Virus record (IMG/VR): IMGVR_UViG_3300037312_001875
Location: 1-64,000 of that record
Source of the DNA: a virus
Taxonomy: Duplodnaviria > Caudoviricetes
Length of the DNA: 64,000 nt
Direction: 5' to 3' (one strand)
Below, one piece after another: positions 60,804-64,000 of the stretch. How positions within the stretch are numbered: position 1 is the first letter of the stretch; every line of letters starts with the position of its first letter. The position numbers were made by a program, and so were the translations under genes. The notes below the pieces were generated by a model. It made no database searches, was not told the DNA's origin, and saw only the letters and a program-made list of their open reading frames with translations.

Positions 60804-60857
60804 TAAAATATCATTCTAGTCCGCCGCCATTTGACTGGTACTAACGGCGGGTCAACC

Positions 60858-60890
60858 AAACGAGGCGGAACCTAATCCGCCTCGTTTTTT
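60858..60890 (+). terminator. Intrinsic terminator after the MCP
   Basis: AAACGAGGCGGA-ACCTAA-TCCGCCTCGTTTTTT. Confidence 0.8.
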
Positions 60891-60917
60891 AGTTAATAGA
60901 AAAGGAGAAGATTAATC

Positions 60918-61238
60918 ATGGCAAAAGACCTATGTTCATTAGTCATTGTGAATTTAAAAAACATTACGAGGATTGTCGGTAATAACATTGTTCCTGCAAA
61001 AGGCAGTACGTTAGTTCATTTTAGAGATTTAAACCAATTGAAGTTGGCTCTTAAATTGCAAGAGAATAATAGAATCGTGATTCAGTCAGAAATCCCTGCT
61101 GATCTCTTAGCAAAAGTTGATCCTGTCTTTTCTATGCAACAAGCGGTTGAGCCTGTTGTAGAAGAAACGCCGGTGGAAGAAGTACCAGTAGAAGAAGAAG
61201 TGAAACCGAAAAAGCCACGTACAAAGAAAAATCAATAA
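60918..61238 (+). CDS. Small head-associated protein, homologous to the N-terminus of 10659..13904
   Basis: 20/59 gapless identity to that N-terminus; low-complexity VEEVP/KPKKPRTKK tail. Confidence 0.65.
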   Translation: MAKDLCSLVIVNLKNITRIVGNNIVPAKGSTLVHFRDLNQLKLALKLQENNRIVIQSEIPADLLAKVDPVFSMQQAVEPVVEETPVEEVPVEEEVKPKKPRTKKNQ

Positions 61239-61262
61239 GCAATAGAAGTGAGGTGTGTGGTG

Positions 61263-61712
61263 ATGGCTGTAACAACGGAACCGATGATCACCTATGTGAG
61301 ACGATTCAGAGGGAAAATTCTGGACACCGACCCCATGTTAAATACGTTAAACGATAGCAAATTAGAATTTACGGACGACCAAATTGCTGGGTGGATTGAA
61401 GAGGCTTGGTACTACATAAACGAATCTGCCCCTCCCACCCGATATAGCTTAGAACAGTTTCCAAGGACCGCCCTCCTTTTGGATGGCGCCATGATGATGA
61501 TGATGGAGGCAAGAGGGCTATTGCATTTAAGAAACCAGATCAGTTACAGCGATGCTGGTTTTAGTGTAAACATGGACGATAAATCTGGAATGTATGCTCA
61601 ATGGATGTCGAATAAAGCGAGTTTGTTTTTATCAGAACTCAAAGCCTTTAAAAGATCACGTCCTCCTGGGTTCATTGGAGTGGCTAGTCCTCTATCGTGG
61701 TGGCGTGTATGA
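61263..61712 (+). CDS. Head-tail adaptor/completion protein
   Basis: FTDDQI, LLLDGA and NQISYSDAGFSV pattern; position after the MCP. Confidence 0.6.
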   Translation: MAVTTEPMITYVRRFRGKILDTDPMLNTLNDSKLEFTDDQIAGWIEEAWYYINESAPPTRYSLEQFPRTALLLDGAMMMMMEARGLLHLRNQISYSDAGFSVNMDDKSGMYAQWMSNKASLFLSELKAFKRSRPPGFIGVASPLSWWRV

Positions 61713-62452
61713 AAATATATGTTACCTCTTTAACCGAACTGTACATTGAATGGTCTATTCAGGGAGAAGAATTTGAACTCTCAAGGTCGACCTCTCCTGA
61801 TAGCGAATTTGAGCCTGTTGCCATCCATCACCCTCAACCATTTTTTGTGGATTACGACGTTAATCTATTTGATGAAAATGTCCGATATTACTACAAAGTG
61901 ACAGGGTTTATTGATGGAAAAAAGGTAGCAGAAGATGGTCCGGGAACACTAGAGTACAACTCTCGTGACAATGTGGCCAATAAAGTGATTCATGAATCCA
62001 AAGTCGTCCTTCGGATGATGAACAACCCGCCCGTTTACTTTTTGTTGAAGCGGAGAGTCGGCTATTCTTGCTCGGAATGTTGGAATCCTATCACGAAAAG
62101 AGTCAGTTATGCGAACTGTCCGGTTTGTAATGGAACGGGAATCATGGATGGATATCATGCTCCCATCCCATCAAGGGTATCTCAAGATGTATCACAACTG
62201 ACAATGGCATCTGGGGAGATGGATAGTGATCGAGTGAGTTTATCACCCATTCGGGCATGGACGACCAATACGCCTTTACTATATCCAGAGGACATATTAG
62301 TCGATGTATTGAACCAAAGGTACAAAATCATGAATGTCGCTCGAAGAACCCGCTCGAATTCGGTCATCCGTCAAATCATTGACTTGGCACCTTTGGATAA
62401 GGGTCATCCTTGTTATCAGGTGGAAGTGGATAGGACGGTGAAACCTGTATGA
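61709..62452 (+). CDS. Neck/head-closure protein with zinc finger
   Basis: CSECW...CPVCNGTG...GY; position in the morphogenesis operon. Confidence 0.6.
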   Translation: MKIYVTSLTELYIEWSIQGEEFELSRSTSPDSEFEPVAIHHPQPFFVDYDVNLFDENVRYYYKVTGFIDGKKVAEDGPGTLEYNSRDNVANKVIHESKVVLRMMNNPPVYFLLKRRVGYSCSECWNPITKRVSYANCPVCNGTGIMDGYHAPIPSRVSQDVSQLTMASGEMDSDRVSLSPIRAWTTNTPLLYPEDILVDVLNQRYKIMNVARRTRSNSVIRQIIDLAPLDKGHPCYQVEVDRTVKPV

Positions 62453-63102
62453 GTGAGCGAACAATTTTCCCGGATTTAAAGTTATTTAAAAAGACCGTAA
62501 CCGAACATTTCTTATTGTCATTGCAAGAGATTTATAGGATTCATCCGGTCTACCCCTATACCGATGACGAGTCTCCATATACCTCGATTCATATTAGTCC
62601 AACATACGCCAATATCACCTATGATAGCCTGCGCCCTCAGCTATTAGTGAAAGTGGGTCAGTATGATATGGCGTTACAAGATACACTTGGTAACAACTTA
62701 TATGAAGAGATTAGAAATGATGACGATGTAATTGGGGGTTATCGCTCCCTTAAAAATCTATCGACGATGGTTACAGTTATGGTTCGAGCATTTGCGGAAG
62801 AGGAATCTTCGGATATTGCGGACGAATTAGCGGTTTTAGGTGTGTATGCAGCTCACCATATGTTTGCGCAAATGGGGCTGAATATCAGAGGCTCCTCTGT
62901 CTCTGAAACGGTTAAAGTGGACAATCAAAATGATTACTTTCAGACCAACGTTAATTTTCAAGTGGATGTTCCTTGGCAATTCACAACCGTTAATCGTTCG
63001 GGAGCTACTAATCCGGACTGGGAAACGACCATTCCAGAAGATTTTATAGGCGTGTATCGTATGCCGGGTGTGTATGTGCATCCTAAAAAACTAGTAAAAT
63101 AG
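62449..63102 (+). CDS. Putative tail terminator protein
   Basis: Position directly before the sheath gene; alpha/beta composition. Confidence 0.5.
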   Translation: MSERTIFPDLKLFKKTVTEHFLLSLQEIYRIHPVYPYTDDESPYTSIHISPTYANITYDSLRPQLLVKVGQYDMALQDTLGNNLYEEIRNDDDVIGGYRSLKNLSTMVTVMVRAFAEEESSDIADELAVLGVYAAHHMFAQMGLNIRGSSVSETVKVDNQNDYFQTNVNFQVDVPWQFTTVNRSGATNPDWETTIPEDFIGVYRMPGVYVHPKKLVK

Positions 63103-63151
63103 TCTTATAAAAACAAGGTAATTGCATCTTTCATTTGGTGCATAAGTCCTA
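63092..63151. promoter_or_regulatory. Two 16-bp dyad boxes upstream of the sheath gene
   Basis: TAGTAA-AATA-GTCTTA at 63092 and TGGTGC-ATAA-GTCCTA at 63136. Confidence 0.55.
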
Positions 63152-63199
63152 TAAAAGCTATAAAATTAGATTAATAGTTGATTAAAGGAGGGAAAACGG

Positions 63200-64000
63200 A
63201 TGGCAAACAGTTATCGTGCACCGGGTGTGGACGTATTAATCGAGCGTCAACAACTGGAGCAAAAGAGTACGGAAACAGCCTTTTTGCCTGTATATATTGG
63301 AACGGGTATTACTTCACGCGTTCGTAATATCAAAAAAACAGATGTTGAAGCTGATGTATCAGCTTTTCCAGTCGTCACGCTTACTTTTGAATTAACAGGT
63401 GATATAAACACTGATTTGTTCGAGGACACGAAATTTACTTTAGGCCAAGTCGTGGTATCTAGAGCGAGTGGCGGCGGTTCCGCTGTGGCATTAGAACCTT
63501 CGTCAGGGTATTCCGTTGAAAAGGATATTTCTTTTTCTGAAAGCGAAGGCGCTGCGACCTATGTGTTAAAAATCCTCGATGGTTCATTGTCAGCCGCTGA
63601 TACGGCTTACGAACTAAATATTACAGCTGAAAATTCAGATGATGATTTCCAATTAAGATTAGTGGGTTCTGAAGATCGTTTCTTCTCGCAAGATCTATTT
63701 GGTCCAGTCATCCTTGAGGAGAATGGCAAGCAATTCTTTAATGATATTGCTATTGCTGTCGAGATTGCTTTCCGCATGAATGTTCCGAGCTTCTTCTACT
63801 TAGAAGTTCCTCGAAACTATGGGGAATTGCCAACAAAGGATGATTACTCTACCGCCATTGAACAGGCTTATTACTACAACGATGCTTATCGGTTGGTCCC
63901 TTTAACCTTTGACCCAGAGGTGGCTAGTGCGTTAAACGGCTTTGTATCTGGTGTAAGTAACCCACTCGATAGGCGCGAAACGGTAGGATTCATTTCCTAT
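63200..64000 (+). CDS. Contractile tail sheath protein (3' truncated by window; not in ORF track)
   Basis: AAGGAGG SD; MANSYRAPGVDV...PVYIGTG sheath-type N-terminus; SNPLDRRETVGF near the window end. Confidence 0.75.
   Translation, partial: MANSYRAPGVDVLIERQQLEQKSTETAFLPVYIGTGITSRVRNIKKTDVEADVSAFPVVTLTFELTGDINTDLFEDTKFTLGQVVVSRASGGGSAVALEPSSGYSVEKDISFSESEGAATYVLKILDGSLSAADTAYELNITAENSDDDFQLRLVGSEDRFFSQDLFGPVILEENGKQFFNDIAIAVEIAFRMNVPSFFYLEVPRNYGELPTKDDYSTAIEQAYYYNDAYRLVPLTFDPEVASALNGFVSGVSNPLDRRETVGFISY

Larger units (their letters stand above)
1..64000. mobile_element. Large myovirus-like phage-plasmid with conjugation-like genes (partial; element ends not in window)
   Basis: Capsid, neck and sheath genes, a fibre block, rep with DnaA boxes, ParA/ParM, relaxase and coupling ATPase all co-occur. 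No host housekeeping operons are present. Confidence 0.8.

Noticed and set aside
59886-64000. Tailocin or extracellular contractile injection system
   Set aside because: A major capsid protein, prohead protease and scaffold-like protein are present, so this is a head-bearing phage.
1-64000. tRNA, rRNA, integrase/att sites, IS elements, group I/II introns, holin/endolysin
   Set aside because: No cloverleaf, rRNA, recombinase, transposase or intron-like interruption was recognised by eye. The M23 gene sits in the transfer-like cluster rather than a lysis cassette. A tRNAscan or Infernal run would be needed to exclude RNAs formally.

Overview
The whole window looks like part of one large mobile element from a low-GC Bacillaceae host; the SSB, DegU-like and RTP homologs are Bacillus-type. 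It combines four kinds of module. (i) Contractile-tailed phage morphogenesis genes at 55-64 kb: prohead protease, scaffold-like protein, decoration protein, major capsid, neck proteins and the start of the tail sheath. (ii) A 25-kb block of fibre, tailspike and enzyme-bearing virion proteins at 5.7-31 kb. (iii) Plasmid-type maintenance functions: rep with internal iterons, three DnaA boxes, rtp with an inverted Ter-like pair, ParA plus adaptor, and a ParM-like actin. (iv) Conjugation-like genes: Replic_Relax relaxase, VirD4-like ATPase, VirB2/VirB6-like membrane proteins, FtsK and an M23 peptidase. The best reading is a phage-plasmid, possibly with conjugative or mobilisation capacity. Five observations stand out. 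A 59-aa gapless similarity links the small post-capsid protein to the N-terminus of a 1081-aa LTD-metallophosphoesterase, which suggests a head-displayed enzyme, and it is paired with a 2057-aa CotH-kinase/LRR giant. A 16-bp dyad box precedes virion operons. A K-x-A motif, likely the prohead-protease site, also tags a distant ParB-like protein. The element carries its own RTP/Ter-like fork trap about 6 kb from the origin. A 65-bp hairpin promoter repeat precedes small leftward genes. All family calls come from motif recognition by eye; no database searches were run. I saw no tRNA, rRNA, CRISPR array, integrase, terminase or portal.
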